From Chloroflexota bacterium (GTDB taxonomy: Bacteria; Chloroflexota; UBA6077; JACCZL01): a stretch of DNA of 64,000 nucleotides. Below the pieces are notes generated by a model. The model was not told the origin of the DNA. It ran no database searches and was given only the letters and a program-made list of their open reading frames with translations. Below, piece after piece: positions 10,627 through 22,290 of the stretch (the first letter of the stretch is position 1; the number at the start of each line of letters is the position of its first letter). A program made the translations under genes and the position numbers. The stretch spans positions 16,843-80,842 of the forward strand of contig JAUJPG010000004.1 in the NCBI GenBank assembly GCA_030447245.1. The letters are read 5' to 3'.

Positions 10627-10777
10627 CTGGTCGCCGCCAGCCCGAGCGTCGGCGATGCCTCTCACGCGAACTCGATCTGGAGCATACGATCCCCCGCTGC
10701 GCCCGGGAAGACCTGCAGTGGACTCACAATGACACGCGCCGGGCGCCGGATGGCACCAGGCGCCGCGGCTCGTCGGC

Positions 10778-11125
10778 TCATACTGCGACGAGCCCGCGGT
10801 TCATCTCCATAATCTGGATGCGTTCCGGCGTGAAGTGCTCCTTGAGGACTGGAACGGCGTCGTCCGGGTTGCGCTCGTCCCCGCAGGTGAAGACGTCGAC
10901 GGCGGCGTAGCCGAGTTCGGGCCAGGTGTGAATGACGACGTGAGATTCCGAGACGATCGCGACGCCGGTTACGCCGATCGGGCTGAACGGGTGAACCTTC
11001 AGGCTCAAGAGCGTCAGATCCAGCGCGTCGACGATATCCAGTAAGGCGCGCTCGACCACCTCGGGGGAGTTCAGGTTGCTGCACTCCCACAGCTCGAGCA
11101 CCAGGTGGCGACCAACGCTCTTCAT
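10778..11125 (-). CDS. speH: S-adenosylmethionine decarboxylase proenzyme, archaeal/SpeH type
   Basis: About 115 aa with GRHLVLELWEC...VVIHTWPELGYAAVDVFTCG, characteristic of the small pyruvoyl AdoMetDC. Confidence 0.8.
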   Translation of the reverse strand: MKSVGRHLVLELWECSNLNSPEVVERALLDIVDALDLTLLSLKVHPFSPIGVTGVAIVSESHVVIHTWPELGYAAVDVFTCGDERNPDDAVPVLKEHFTPERIQIMEMNRGLVAV

Positions 11126-11129
11126 GACC

Positions 11130-11597
11130 CTACCTCCACCAGAGAACGACGGCCGCGACCGCGCAACCGACCCGCTCAACGCGGTGCTCGGCGACGTGGA
11201 CCACGAGCCGCTCCAGCGGCAGACTGCGCCGCGCGAATCCCTCTTCCACCATCCCCCTCACGACCCGCCCCGTCTCCTTCCGAGACGTGCCGTGGTGCTC
11301 GAAGATCATTCCGTGGCTGTGCTTGCCCATGCCGATCCCGACGGACGCGCAGATCATCTCGCCCGCCGCATGGCTCTGGGCGGCGGAGTAGACCGCCGGC
11401 ACGAGCGAACCGGGTCTTATGCTCGGCGGGTCCTGCAAGAAGACGGCACCCTCGGGAACGATGCTGCTCACCTTGATCAGGTTGAGATTGCCGATCCCAG
11501 CGGCGAGGAGGGCGTTGTCGAACGCATTCAGCTCGGTCGTGCCCTCGGCCGACCCGTCAGTGACCCACAGCACGTTCGGCGTCGGCCAGGCGCCCAT
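11130..11597 (-). CDS. pdaD: pyruvoyl-dependent arginine decarboxylase
   Basis: VTDGSAEGTTELNAFDNALLAAGIGNLNLIKVSSIVP matches the PdaD signature around the self-cleavage site; alternative GTG start at 11681. Confidence 0.8.
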   Translation of the reverse strand: MGAWPTPNVLWVTDGSAEGTTELNAFDNALLAAGIGNLNLIKVSSIVPEGAVFLQDPPSIRPGSLVPAVYSAAQSHAAGEMICASVGIGMGKHSHGMIFEHHGTSRKETGRVVRGMVEEGFARRSLPLERLVVHVAEHRVERVGCAVAAVVLWWR

Positions 11598-11844
11598 CAC
11601 GCCGTGCCCCCACGCCCGCGGCTTCGAGCCGCTCCGAGAAGCTCGCGCATGCCTGCCATCCTTCTGCCTGTCCTCACCCACCTTCTCTGCGACGCTTGCG
11701 CCACCTGCGTCCCGGCGCTGCGCCCGAATTCAGACCACGAAAAAGCACCACCCCAAGGCGGCCCCATTCGGACACCGCGTCCGAACAGCTCGGTGGTCAG
11801 CCGGCCCCAGCCAATGGTGCTGGTTATGTCACGCGCCCGCGCCA

Positions 11845-11900
11845 TACTGCCGCGGGGCAACCAGAAGTATAACAAGTGGCGTGCCACACGCCCACTATCG
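11845..11900 (-). promoter_or_regulatory. candidate promoter/leader region of the pdaD operon (AT-rich patch in the long intergenic region)
   Basis: TTGTTATACTTCTGG on the minus strand is an unusually AT-rich stretch in an otherwise GC-rich 350-nt gap between trmI and pdaD. Confidence 0.2.
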
Positions 11901-11946
11901 GACGCGGCATCCAGCAGGCGTAGCGAACCCGCCTGGCCTCTGCGCT

Positions 11947-12810
11947 TCAGGGAAGAGGGCGAGCAGGCAGCTCGCCCTCCAACTCGGCCGTGCGGTCCGC
12001 GGCATCGAGCCGCTCGGTGGGCCCTGACCGGACAGCCAACCGTCGCGCGAACGTCAGGAAGCCAGTGTGGCCGACCATCTGGTGGGCGGGACGAACGGCC
12101 ATGCCTTTAACGTGCCAGGGCCGATAGAGAACTTCGAGCGTCTCGATCATGCCGAATCCGCCGGCCGCTTCGAGCGCGGCGACGGTCTGCTGAACCTGGA
12201 TGATCGAAGGGTTGTAGCAGGCGGCAATCCCGCCCATCCGGAGCGCTGAGAGAGCATGCGGGACGACCCGCCACGGCTCCGCCAGGTCGAGGACAATGCG
12301 GTCGAAATCGCCATCTTGAATGCCGTCGTAGATGTCACATTCGCGGATGAGGAGGTTGGCCGGTGGTTCGCCCCAGTTGCGGATGTTCTCCAGGGCCGGC
12401 GCGATGAAGTCACGACGCGACTCGTACACGACGACCTGGCCTGTTGGGCCGACGGCGCGCAGCAGCGCCAGGGTGAGCGCTCCGGAGCCCAGGCCGGACT
12501 CCAGGACGGTCGCGCCAGGGTACATGTCGGCCCAGACCAGGATGATGCCGACGTCCTTGGGGTACACGATGGCGGTCGAGCGCGGCATCTCGAGGGCATA
12601 GTCCGCGAGGCGCGGGCGGATCGCGGTGAACACGGCACCGGTCTGGGTGCGCAGACTGATGCCCTCCTCGGCACCGATCAGGCGGTCATGTTCGAGGAAG
12701 CCCTTGTGCGAATGGAAGCGCTCGCCGGGCCGCAGCCGGACCACACGGCGATTGCCGGCGCGGTCCAGCAAGAGAATGGTGTCACCCTCCGAGAACGGCC
12801 GCGCTGCCAC
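11947..12810 (-). CDS. trmI: tRNA (adenine-N1)-methyltransferase
   Basis: Class I SAM-binding motif VLESGLGSGALTLAL and Gcd14/TrmI-like N- and C-terminal regions. Confidence 0.75.
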   Translation of the reverse strand: MAARPFSEGDTILLLDRAGNRRVVRLRPGERFHSHKGFLEHDRLIGAEEGISLRTQTGAVFTAIRPRLADYALEMPRSTAIVYPKDVGIILVWADMYPGATVLESGLGSGALTLALLRAVGPTGQVVVYESRRDFIAPALENIRNWGEPPANLLIRECDIYDGIQDGDFDRIVLDLAEPWRVVPHALSALRMGGIAACYNPSIIQVQQTVAALEAAGGFGMIETLEVLYRPWHVKGMAVRPAHQMVGHTGFLTFARRLAVRSGPTERLDAADRTAELEGELPARPLP

Positions 12811-12946
12811 GGCGGGAGCGTACCACTCGCCTCGTAGACCGAGCCAAGCGTGTCATGACGCGGCACTTCAAGACCGAGCTCGAACCAGGGCGCTGATATA
12901 CTTGGACGCGGAAAGACGCGGGTGTTCCCGCGACGAGGACATCGGC

Positions 12947-14269
12947 ATGGGCAAGTTCCACATCTGGACGATTGGGTGCCAGATGAACACGTCGGATGCG
13001 CGGCGGCTCAGTCAGGAGCTCGAGGGCTACGGCTTCGAGGAAACTGATGCGCGCGGCTCGGCCGACTTGCTGGTCCTGTACTCGTGCATGGTACGCCAGC
13101 ACGCGGAGGACAAAGTGCGGACGCAGCTCGGCGAGCTGCGCAAGCTGAAGCAGGAGAAGCCGTCGACGCGTATCGCCGTGGCCGGCTGCGTTGGCGACGT
13201 CGACGAGTGGCAACAGAAGTACCCATTCGTCGACTTCTTCCTGGAACCCGGTCGGGACCTGACCGTCCGCGCGCGGCTGGCCGACCTGATCGAGCTGGAC
13301 CAGTACTACCGCGTCGAGCCGGCCGACGCTGCTCGGGCACCACGAGTCTCCGAGGGCATCACGATTCACCAGGGCTGCAACCGCAACTGCACCTTCTGCA
13401 TCGTGCCGTCGACGCGCGGCCGAGAGCGCTCGCGGGAGCCCGAGGACATCCTCGCCGAAGTCCGCGCGCTGGTTGGGCGCGGAACGCGCGAGGTGGTCTT
13501 GCTGAGTCAGATCGTCGAGCGGTACGGACGTGACCTCCGGCCGCGCGTCACGCTCGCCGAGCTGTTGGCACGCCTGAACGAGGAGGTGGAAGGCCTCGAA
13601 CGGGTACGCTTCTTGACATCCTATCCGGGCGACTTCCACAAAGATCTCATCGAAGCCGTCGCAACGCTGCCGAAGGTCTGCGAGTGGATCAACCTGCCGC
13701 TTCAATCGGGTGACGACGAAGTGCTGCGGCAGATGCACCGCGGCTATAGCGTCGGCTTTTACAAGGACCTGGTGGCCAGGATTCGCGAGCGGATGCCGAG
13801 CATCGGCATGGCGACCGACATCATCGTCGGCTTTCCGGGCGAGACCGAGGCCCAGTTTGACAACACGCTGAAGGCGCTGGCCGAGATCCGCTTCGACGTC
13901 GTCCACGTGGCGGCCTACTCGCCGCGGCCCGGCACACCCGCGGCAGGATCATCCGATCAACTGCCGCTGGACGAGAAGAAGCGGCGGCTCCGCGCGATCG
14001 AGGCCCTCCAGAAGGAGGTGGCCGCGTCCAGGAACGCGCCGCTGCTCGGTGAGACCGTCGAGGTGCTGATCGAAGGCGAGGCGAAAGGCAAGTGGTACGG
14101 CCGCACCCGGACCAACAAGCTCGTCCACATCGCCTCGGACGAGCCGCTCGCAGGCCGCCTGGTGGACGCGCGGATCACCCAGACCGGCCCATGGTCCCTC
14201 CAGGGTGAGTTGTTGTCGCCAGCCTCGGCCGAGCATGCCGACGGGGTAATGGCCGCGGCGGCTGTCTAG
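12947..14269 (+). CDS. miaB: tRNA methylthiotransferase (radical SAM)
   Basis: N-terminal MTTase domain IWTIGCQMN, radical SAM CNRNCTFC motif, C-terminal TRAM-like region; ATG at about 12947 within track ORF 12626..14269. Confidence 0.85.
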   Translation: MGKFHIWTIGCQMNTSDARRLSQELEGYGFEETDARGSADLLVLYSCMVRQHAEDKVRTQLGELRKLKQEKPSTRIAVAGCVGDVDEWQQKYPFVDFFLEPGRDLTVRARLADLIELDQYYRVEPADAARAPRVSEGITIHQGCNRNCTFCIVPSTRGRERSREPEDILAEVRALVGRGTREVVLLSQIVERYGRDLRPRVTLAELLARLNEEVEGLERVRFLTSYPGDFHKDLIEAVATLPKVCEWINLPLQSGDDEVLRQMHRGYSVGFYKDLVARIRERMPSIGMATDIIVGFPGETEAQFDNTLKALAEIRFDVVHVAAYSPRPGTPAAGSSDQLPLDEKKRRLRAIEALQKEVAASRNAPLLGETVEVLIEGEAKGKWYGRTRTNKLVHIASDEPLAGRLVDARITQTGPWSLQGELLSPASAEHADGVMAAAAV

Positions 14270-14308
14270 GGCCGAGGAGCCTTGGTCGGTACGAGGCACG
14301 CCTGACCC

Positions 14309-15094
14309 TTACGAAGTTGTGCGGCGCAGCTTGGCCAGCAGCACCCGCCCGAGCAGCGGGCCCCCAGCGCGTGAAAGCAGCCGATCGGCGCGAGGGGCGA
14401 CGGACAGACTGACCAACGGACCAAGAGGCGGCCACGCACCGATGTAGCCGACCGCTTCCACTGACAGGCCGGCCGGCGCGAAGTGCGCGGCGATGCCGCG
14501 CCGACCGAAATGGTACTGGGCCTGGTCTGGGTCACGGAAGCGGCGGTACCACCGGAGCGTGGTCAGCGGGGCGCCCAGCCAATGGTACAGGCTGGGGTTG
14601 GCGAAGTCGACGACCGCCACGCCAGCTGGACGGAGCACGCGGGCCAACTCGCGCTCGACACCGTCATACGAGCCTGCGCTGGCGTAGCCGAAGCTCACGA
14701 CCGCGTCGAACGTCTGGTCGGCGAACGGAAGCTCGTAGACACTGGCGCGGACGAGGCGAGGGGAACGCTCCACCGCCAGTCCGCGGAAGCCCGCCGAGCG
14801 GAGGCGCACGCGAAATCTCGCGAGGGCGATGCCCGAAAGGTCGAGGGCCACCATGGCCAGGCGGGAGTCGGCGGCAAGCGCCAAGCTGAGCTCCCCATCG
14901 CCGCAGCCGAGGTCGAGGACGCGTAGCACGCCAACCGGGGGGAGACGAGCGAGGTCGGGGGCGAGGAGGGCGAGTGCAGTCTCGGCAGTGCGCCGAACTG
15001 TGAGCGCCCGCCCACGGGCAGCCGAGGGAACATCCCAGAACCGGTCCCACCAGCCGGCCGACTTGCGCGCTGGCGGGGCTGTCGGCGTCGTCAT
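14309..15094 (-). CDS. class I SAM-dependent methyltransferase
   Basis: [12 protein letters not shown] glycine-rich SAM-binding motif; 4-bp overlap with dtd suggests co-transcription. Confidence 0.7.
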   Translation of the reverse strand: MTTPTAPPARKSAGWWDRFWDVPSAARGRALTVRRTAETALALLAPDLARLPPVGVLRVLDLGCGDGELSLALAADSRLAMVALDLSGIALARFRVRLRSAGFRGLAVERSPRLVRASVYELPFADQTFDAVVSFGYASAGSYDGVERELARVLRPAGVAVVDFANPSLYHWLGAPLTTLRWYRRFRDPDQAQYHFGRRGIAAHFAPAGLSVEAVGYIGAWPPLGPLVSLSVAPRADRLLSRAGGPLLGRVLLAKLRRTTS

Positions 15095-15540
15095 GGCCAG
15101 CCGTCAGTGGTCAGCACTATCGTGACCGGTCCGTGGTTGGTGAGCTCGACGTCCATCATGGCTCCGAAACGCCCGGTCCCGACGGTCAGCCCCCGCTCGC
15201 GGAGTAGCTCGGCCACCCGTTCGACGAGTGGCTCGGCGAGGTCCGGCGGCGCAGCGCCGGAGAAGCCCGGTCGGCGCCCACGCGAAACGTCCGCGTACAG
15301 AGTGAACTGAGAGACAAGTAGCACGTCAGCCCCGACATCGACGGCCGACAGGTTCATCTTCCCCGCTTCGTCCTCGAAGACGCGAAGCAAGGCGATCTTG
15401 TCGACGAGTCGGTCAGCGGCCGCCTCATCGTCGCGCGGGCCGATCCCTAGCAGAATGAGCCAGCCCAAGCCGATCGCGCTGACGACTTCCCCACCCACCG
15501 TGACCCGAGCTCGACTGACCCGTTGGCAGACCGCCCTCAT
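15091..15540 (-). CDS. dtd: D-aminoacyl-tRNA deacylase
   Basis: [15 protein letters not shown]...SQFTLYAD...NHGPVT Dtd signature, 149 aa. Confidence 0.85.
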   Translation of the reverse strand: MRAVCQRVSRARVTVGGEVVSAIGLGWLILLGIGPRDDEAAADRLVDKIALLRVFEDEAGKMNLSAVDVGADVLLVSQFTLYADVSRGRRPGFSGAAPPDLAEPLVERVAELLRERGLTVGTGRFGAMMDVELTNHGPVTIVLTTDGWP

Positions 15541-15812
15541 GACTACCCTGCCCAGTCCATTGGCTCGAACTGATTGGACATGATGCTCACGATGGACTCG
15601 CCCCAGGAAATCTACTTGAAGATGTCACCTCCCGGTCAGAAGTCGTGGCCCGTGGAGGAGTGGCACTTGCGAGGGCCCCTCGGCCAGCGGGCGGCGTTGA
15701 ACAGGTGCTCAACCACCGAGGCCCATGCACGGCCATGCCGCGATCCACGTCGCTTTCGCGGCCACCTGGACATCTTGGGCGGGCTCCACCGACCAGGTAC
15801 GCTGGAACTTGA

Positions 15813-17612
15813 TCATCCGCTACGCCACTGACGCTCGATCTGCTCGTCGGCGGCGCGCCGCGGCCCGCGCGTGGCGAGCGCGATCTCGTCCAGCGGGAAC
15901 TTCGGCGAGCGGTTCGCATAAAGCAGGCCGTTGGTTTCCTGATACGTGTCGGCGAACTGGGTGTAGCAGAACCCCGCCAGCAGCGGCAGCGAGCGCACCG
16001 CCTCCAGCAGCCGGCGATACCGCTCGGCCAGCGCTTCGGCGCTATCGCTCGCCGAGTATCCCCACGTCGCGTCGGGAGCGTTGGAGAACGCGATGCCGCC
16101 GAACTCTGTCAGCATGATTGGCTGGCCCGCGTGCGGGTGACCCTCGAGCGTCAGCAACCGGCCGCCCAGCCGCTCGCGGGTGAACAAGGGGGGCATGGCC
16201 TCGCCCGTCTCATAGCGGCGCGCGATCCGCTCCGGGTCCTCGTCGTAGTCGTGGATACCGATGATGTCGGTGGCGACGCTCTCCCAACCGTCGTTGCCGA
16301 TCACCGGACGATGGGGGTCCAGCGTCTTCGTCAGGTGGTACAACGCCTGGACGTAGTGGCGCTGAGCCGCGATGGCCGGCAGGTCGGGAACGCCCCAGGA
16401 CTCGTTGAAGGTGACCCACGCCACGATGCAGGGATGGCTTCGGTCTCGGGCGATCACCTCCATCCACTCGCGGGTCACGCGCTCGACCGAGCGCGTGGTG
16501 AAGCGGTAGGCGCTCGGCAGCTCCTCCCAGACCAGCAGCCCGAGCGTGTCGGCCCAGTAGAGGTAGCGCGGATCCTCGATCTTCTGGTGCTTGCGGGCCC
16601 CGTTGAACCCCATCGCCTTGGCCAGCTCCACGTCCCGCCGCAGGGCCGCGTCATCCGGCGGGGTCAGGCCACTCTCCAGCCAGTAGCCCTGGTCCAGTAC
16701 CAGGCGCAGTGGGTAGGCCCGCCCGTTGAGCAGGAACCGATCGCCCTGAACCCCGACCGATCGCAGGGCTGTGTAGCTCTTGACGGCGTCGATCAGCGTG
16801 CCGTGCTCGTCGCGCAGCTCGAGCCGGGCCCGGATCAGGGTCGGGCAGGACGGGCTCCAGAGCAGGTCTGAGCGATAGTCGTCGATGCCAGGATCGGATA
16901 GCGCGATCCGCCGGTGGACCTCGCCGGCGACCACGGCGTAGGTGTCATCGACGAGCAGCCGACCCCGGAGGCGCAACGTGACGTTCAACCGCAGTTCATC
17001 GCGACGCGCGCCGTCGAGGAGCACCTCCAGGCCGATCTCCCAGCGCTCGAGGTTGGGAGTCCAGCTCAGGGTCCCGATTCGGGTCGCGGACACGCGCTCC
17101 AGCCAGACGGTCTGCCAGATCCCGGTCGTCCGCGGGTACCACATCGAGTGCGGCTCCGGCAGCCAGTCCTGCTTGCCGCGAGGCTTGGCGAGGTCCTGCG
17201 AGTCGTCCTCGGCGCGCACGACGACTGTCTGTGGCCCGGGGCCCAGCAGGTCGGTCACGTCGGCCTCGAAGGGGGTGTAGCCGCCCTCGTGCCGCGCGGC
17301 AACCACGCCGTTGACCCACACGGTCGCGGCGTAGTCGACCGCGCCGAAGTGCAGGATCAGTCGCTCCCCGCGCTCAAGCACGGGCGCGTCGAAGCTGCGC
17401 CTATACCAGCACGCTCGGTAGAGCCCCGTGTCCCGGATCCCGCTCGCGGGGGCCTCTGGGGAGAACGGCACCACAATCGTCGCATTCCAGGCGACCTTGT
17501 CGGGGGTAGCCCAGCGGGCGTCACCGTCGAGCGCGAACTCCCACTGTCCATTCAGCGAGACCCACTCGGCGCGTTCGAGCTGCGGGCGAGGGTAGGCGGT
17601 CTCCAGGGTCAT
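15813..17612 (-). CDS. glycoside hydrolase family 2 (beta-galactosidase/glucuronidase-like)
   Basis: GH2 sugar-binding, immunoglobulin-like and TIM-barrel regions (VWVNG, NEPS-like, WSIGNE-like segments); start at MTLETAYP inside track ORF 15813..17690. Confidence 0.75.
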   Translation of the reverse strand: MTLETAYPRPQLERAEWVSLNGQWEFALDGDARWATPDKVAWNATIVVPFSPEAPASGIRDTGLYRACWYRRSFDAPVLERGERLILHFGAVDYAATVWVNGVVAARHEGGYTPFEADVTDLLGPGPQTVVVRAEDDSQDLAKPRGKQDWLPEPHSMWYPRTTGIWQTVWLERVSATRIGTLSWTPNLERWEIGLEVLLDGARRDELRLNVTLRLRGRLLVDDTYAVVAGEVHRRIALSDPGIDDYRSDLLWSPSCPTLIRARLELRDEHGTLIDAVKSYTALRSVGVQGDRFLLNGRAYPLRLVLDQGYWLESGLTPPDDAALRRDVELAKAMGFNGARKHQKIEDPRYLYWADTLGLLVWEELPSAYRFTTRSVERVTREWMEVIARDRSHPCIVAWVTFNESWGVPDLPAIAAQRHYVQALYHLTKTLDPHRPVIGNDGWESVATDIIGIHDYDEDPERIARRYETGEAMPPLFTRERLGGRLLTLEGHPHAGQPIMLTEFGGIAFSNAPDATWGYSASDSAEALAERYRRLLEAVRSLPLLAGFCYTQFADTYQETNGLLYANRSPKFPLDEIALATRGPRRAADEQIERQWRSG

Positions 17613-18186
17613 ACGAGCGTCCTTCACGTTGAAGAGCTGCACGGCGGAAGCCGCGACTTTCACCATCGCCACCCGCCTGCGGGGCACCATTGTCCGCGGC
17701 GGGGTGGCGCTCTTACAAGGTCAACGAGCGTCGTGGAGTCCGGATCTGCACCCCAGCGGCAAGGCCGGCGAAGGGCCGAAAACCCGCCCGCGACCGACCC
17801 CGTGGTCATCGACGAAGCGAACATGCTCGAAGTCCTGAACTCCAACCAGCTCACCAGCCCTATCCAACCTGGCTCGCACCTGCTGAAGGTGGGCGACCCG
17901 GACTAGCTCTCGCGCGTTGGCACCGGTAAACTCCTGGCCGACCTGCTCCGAATATGAGCGCATCCCCGTCAAGCGCCTGGAACACAGCTTCCAGCGGAGT
18001 GATGGGTGCGGCATCGCCCAGAGTGCCCGATAGATCAGCGCCGGCGAGTTGCCGCGCGTCGGCGAAGACGTCCGCGACTGTCTCCTTGCTGTCGGCCCAC
18101 GAGCCAGCCTCGGGCTCGTCATCCTCGGGGGCCGACACCAAACCGTGACGCTCCAGCCCACGTTGATTCCTCAGATAGTCGCCTTG

Positions 18187-18231
18187 GACGGATACACGGG
18201 CACGGCCCACGCGCTGGCGGACGGCGCGCAT
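18187..18231 (-). pseudogene. short dtd-like N-terminal remnant
   Basis: MRAVRQRVGRARVSV at the start of track ORF 17860..18231 nearly matches the Dtd N-terminus [15 protein letters not shown]; similarity is lost after about 15 residues. Confidence 0.3.
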
Positions 18232-18344
18232 CGGTAGGCGGCCGGTCCGAGCACGTCCGAGGATCTCCCGTCCGCCGAGTCATGCCGCCAGGCACCGCCC
18301 ACCGCGCCCTCAGCGTCAACACGTCGACGGCGCGAACCTGGATG

Positions 18345-18413
18345 CGTTCTAGACACAACAGAGCGGCGATACTGCTCCGATGGGCCGACCAGGACGCGGT
18401 CGCGAGCCGATAG
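18345..18413. repeat. about 70-bp repeat, copy 1 (second copy at 24471..24546)
   Basis: cgttctagacacaacagagcggcg...ggccgaccaggacgcggtcgcgagccgatag versus cgttctagccacaaaagtgccgcggcg...gaccgaccaggacgtggtggcc; both encode ...LRW(A/T)DQD(A/V)VAS. Confidence 0.5.
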
Positions 18414-19468
18414 CATGGGACCGCTACGCCGCTCCCACGACCGGGCGGGTGGCGAACGGCCGTGGAGGGTTGACCGTGAAGAAGCGTGTCGCCGGTCCGC
18501 TCGAAGCCATCACCGCGCACCAAGCCGCACTCCCGCAGGGAGGAGATATGGCCTACGGCGTCGCCTTCCTCTGCGCGGTGATGGCGGTGCGGGATGCCTG
18601 GCTGCGTCACGGTGCGCGGGTGGCCGTTGAGGACCTGGTCGGGCGTGCCCTGCGTGACGGAATGCGCCGCGCGACCGACGGGTCTACCTGGCGGCGTGCG
18701 CCCCGCGAAGCTCAGCCACGGCGGCCGTGGCCCCGTCTCGATCGAGAGGATCGGGACAGGGGACAGGGCGGCCGCCCAGGATGTCGCCGTCGATGCCCCG
18801 GGCGAGAACGCCCCGTCGCGGATGCATGAAGCAGGAGCCGTTCGACGGGCCGAAGACGGCGATGCCGCCTTGCGGGCCGTCGTCAGCGAGGTTGCCGAGC
18901 CGTGTGCGCGTCAGCGCCTCGCACGCGCTTCCCTAAAAGTTGTCGTTGTCGTCATCGTTGTCGTTGTCGCCCCCGTTGTCGCCGTGGTCCTCATTGTCGC
19001 CGTGGTTGTCGTTGTCACCGCCACCACCGCCGCCATTGCCAACTCCTCGGCGCCTCGTACGCACCGATGTCGCAGATCGCCATCGCGTTGCCGTCGCCGT
19101 CGATCGGCCGGGAGACGGCGCGCTGGTGGACCGACTCGAAGATGACCGGGTCGCAGGCGTCGATCGCCACGCTGCCGGCAGCAGCGCGTGGGTCTGGGTC
19201 AGCCCGCCGTTGCTCGCGAGCGGGCCGAGCTTCGGGTCGCCACTCGACACGTCGCCGGTCGCGCTCAGACCGCAGGACGCGTCGGTCGAGAGGTTGTGGC
19301 CGCCCTACTGGTAGCCCGAGATGGCCTCGATGAAGCAGTCGGTCGGGATGCCGCGCCATGCCGTTGGCGAAGATGGTGTTGCGGGGCACCGAGGTGCCCT
19401 GGAGAGCCGCGAGGTTGCCGCCGCGCGTGTCCTCGACGTGGCGGCCAGGGTGGCGTTAGAGAGCACTA

Positions 19469-19482
19469 GTGGGTCAGTTCTC
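19469..19482. repeat. left terminal inverted repeat of the IS630-family element
   Basis: gtgggtcagttctc preceded by TA. Confidence 0.6.
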
Positions 19483-19558
19483 GCGAGGGTTGCCAAACGG
19501 GTGTGTGCCTGGCATGCTCTGGCGTCCGTTCGGTCGAGCGAGCGGACGGAGGTCAGCC

Positions 19559-20572
<1,014 letters not shown>

Positions 20573-20887
20573 TGCCCTTGTACACGCGCTAGGCGGCTCC
20601 TGGCCGAACATGGCCGAGTCCGTCCAGGCGCATCCTCGTCCGGGCGCGCCCTGGATGGCCACCACCCCGAAACTGCCCAGCAGGTCATGGACCGCTGGCC
20701 GCCACCGTCCGGGGGCTGGAACGCGGCCCCAACCCCGTTCGTCTGGGGCGGCCACCGTCGGCAGCGCCGCTGGCGGGCCCGCCGCCGGCGGCCGCTCGCG
20801 TCGAGCCGCACGGCCTCGGCGGCTCCGCGGCACTCACCCGTCGCCCACTCCCTCGTCGCCGCTCAACGTATGAACGGCTCTGCGCAT

Positions 20888-20902
20888 GAGAACTGACCCA
20901 CC
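20888..20902. repeat. right terminal inverted repeat of the IS630-family element
   Basis: gagaactgacccacc followed by TA; reverse complement matches the left TIR. Confidence 0.6.
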
Positions 20903-22049
20903 TAGCGTGCGCCATTGCCCTCGTGGAGGACGCCGTGGCCATACCCGCCCCCAATCCTGCTGCTGAAGACCGCGCGGTTGGTGCTGACCGTCACGTTGGT
21001 GAGCGTGGCGACGCCGTCGGCGACGTTGAGGATCCCGCCGCCGTTCCGGGGCCTGGTTGTTGGCGAGCGTGGCGCGATACAGGGCGAGGTTGCCGAGGTT
21101 CTCGATGCCCCCGCCGCTCCCGACGTTGGTGAGCGCCTCGTTGTCCCTGACGGTGACGTCGCTCAGCGACGCGAGGGCTCCACCCGCGGTTCGTCATCCC
21201 GCCGCCCCAGGCGCCGTCGATGACGACGCGGTTGCCTGAGGACGACGTTCGACAGGTTGACCGTTCCGTGGCTGTGGATGCCCGCCGTGGGCGTAGCCGA
21301 CGAAGCCGAAGCCGGGCCTTGCCATTCGTGACCGTCGCCTCCCTGATCTCGAGGGTCGCGCCCGTATTGACGTCGAAGACGCGGTCGCCGGGTCACGTCG
21401 CCGTTCCCGTCGATGATCGTCTGGGTCCAGCGGCCCCCTCGATGCTGGATGCTGGAGCCGGCGATGACGTCGAGGTCGCCCTTCGCGGCGTTGTTGTCGA
21501 CATCGGCCCGCCGCCGTCGGCGCCGCCGATCCCGAGCAGGTACGTCCCGGCTGGCAGGATGATGACGTCCCGGGCCCGCCAAGGCGTTGGCCTCGATGAT
21601 CGCGCCCCGCAGCGAGCAGTTGCCGGGGACATAGAGCAGGTTGTCAGTGGTGGTCGTCACGGTGAAATCGACCGCGTGGGCGGCCCGGGTCGACGTTGCC
21701 GTCCCGCCGATCGTCAGGGTAACGATGATCGCCAGCGCGGCGGATGTACCTCGCTCGCCTATCTCAGCCTCCCATCCGGTCGCTCGCGCTGCGCGAGCCT
21801 ACCTGTTCGGGATCACCTAGGTGAACATCGGCCTGATGTCTGAGATCTAGACGTGCAGGCGACGTGGTTCTCGTTCATCTCCTCTCCGTCGACGACCGCG
21901 ACCAGCCGCGTGGCCGCCAGCCGACTCCATCGGATACCCTCGTCATGCAACCCCCTTCACGAGCTGAACGACGGCGCCCGCCGCGATTCGGCGCGCACGG
22001 CTCACCAACCTGCGACCAGTCTACCGCGTCATGCCCCCCGGCCCCCATG

Positions 22050-22087
22050 GAAGTACGGGGTTTCCGGGGTTTCAGTACGGGCTTTTC
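22050..22087 (-). repeat. GTAC-containing motif, copy 1 (reverse orientation)
   Basis: aagtacggggtttccggggtttcagtacgggctttt is the reverse complement of the AAAGCCCGTACT / AAACCCCGTACT units seen at 44.8 and 48.9 kb. Confidence 0.7.
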
Positions 22088-22290
22088 GCCCTACTGGATC
22101 GTGGACTGGTGCCAGCAGCACGTCGAGGTGTACCGCTGCGGGGAGGCCCCACAGGGAGGGTCAGCCCCGTGGTAGTCACCGGGCGGGGGGGTGCCGCTCG
22201 TGGCAACGCTCGCGGGCGAGGAGGTGCTGACGACGCCGCTCCTGCCCCATTTCGCCTGCCCCTGCCGAGCCTCTGGGCGCCATCGTCCCG
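22085..22290 (+). pseudogene. Uma2-family endonuclease C-terminal remnant (copy A)
   Basis: YWIVDWCQQHVEVYR and LAGEEVLTTPLLPHFACP match the Uma2 C-terminal consensus; N-terminal two thirds absent. Confidence 0.45.

Noticed and set aside
16131-17906. Two plus-strand ORFs (246 and 330 aa)
   Set aside because: Antisense to the GH2 hydrolase gene.
18594-19145. 183-aa plus-strand ORF with a poly-Val stretch (VVVVIVVVVAPVVAVVLIVAVVVVV)
   Set aside because: It is the antisense reading of the Asp/Asn-rich tail of the CSLREA pseudogene (GTT/GTC repeats), not a membrane protein.
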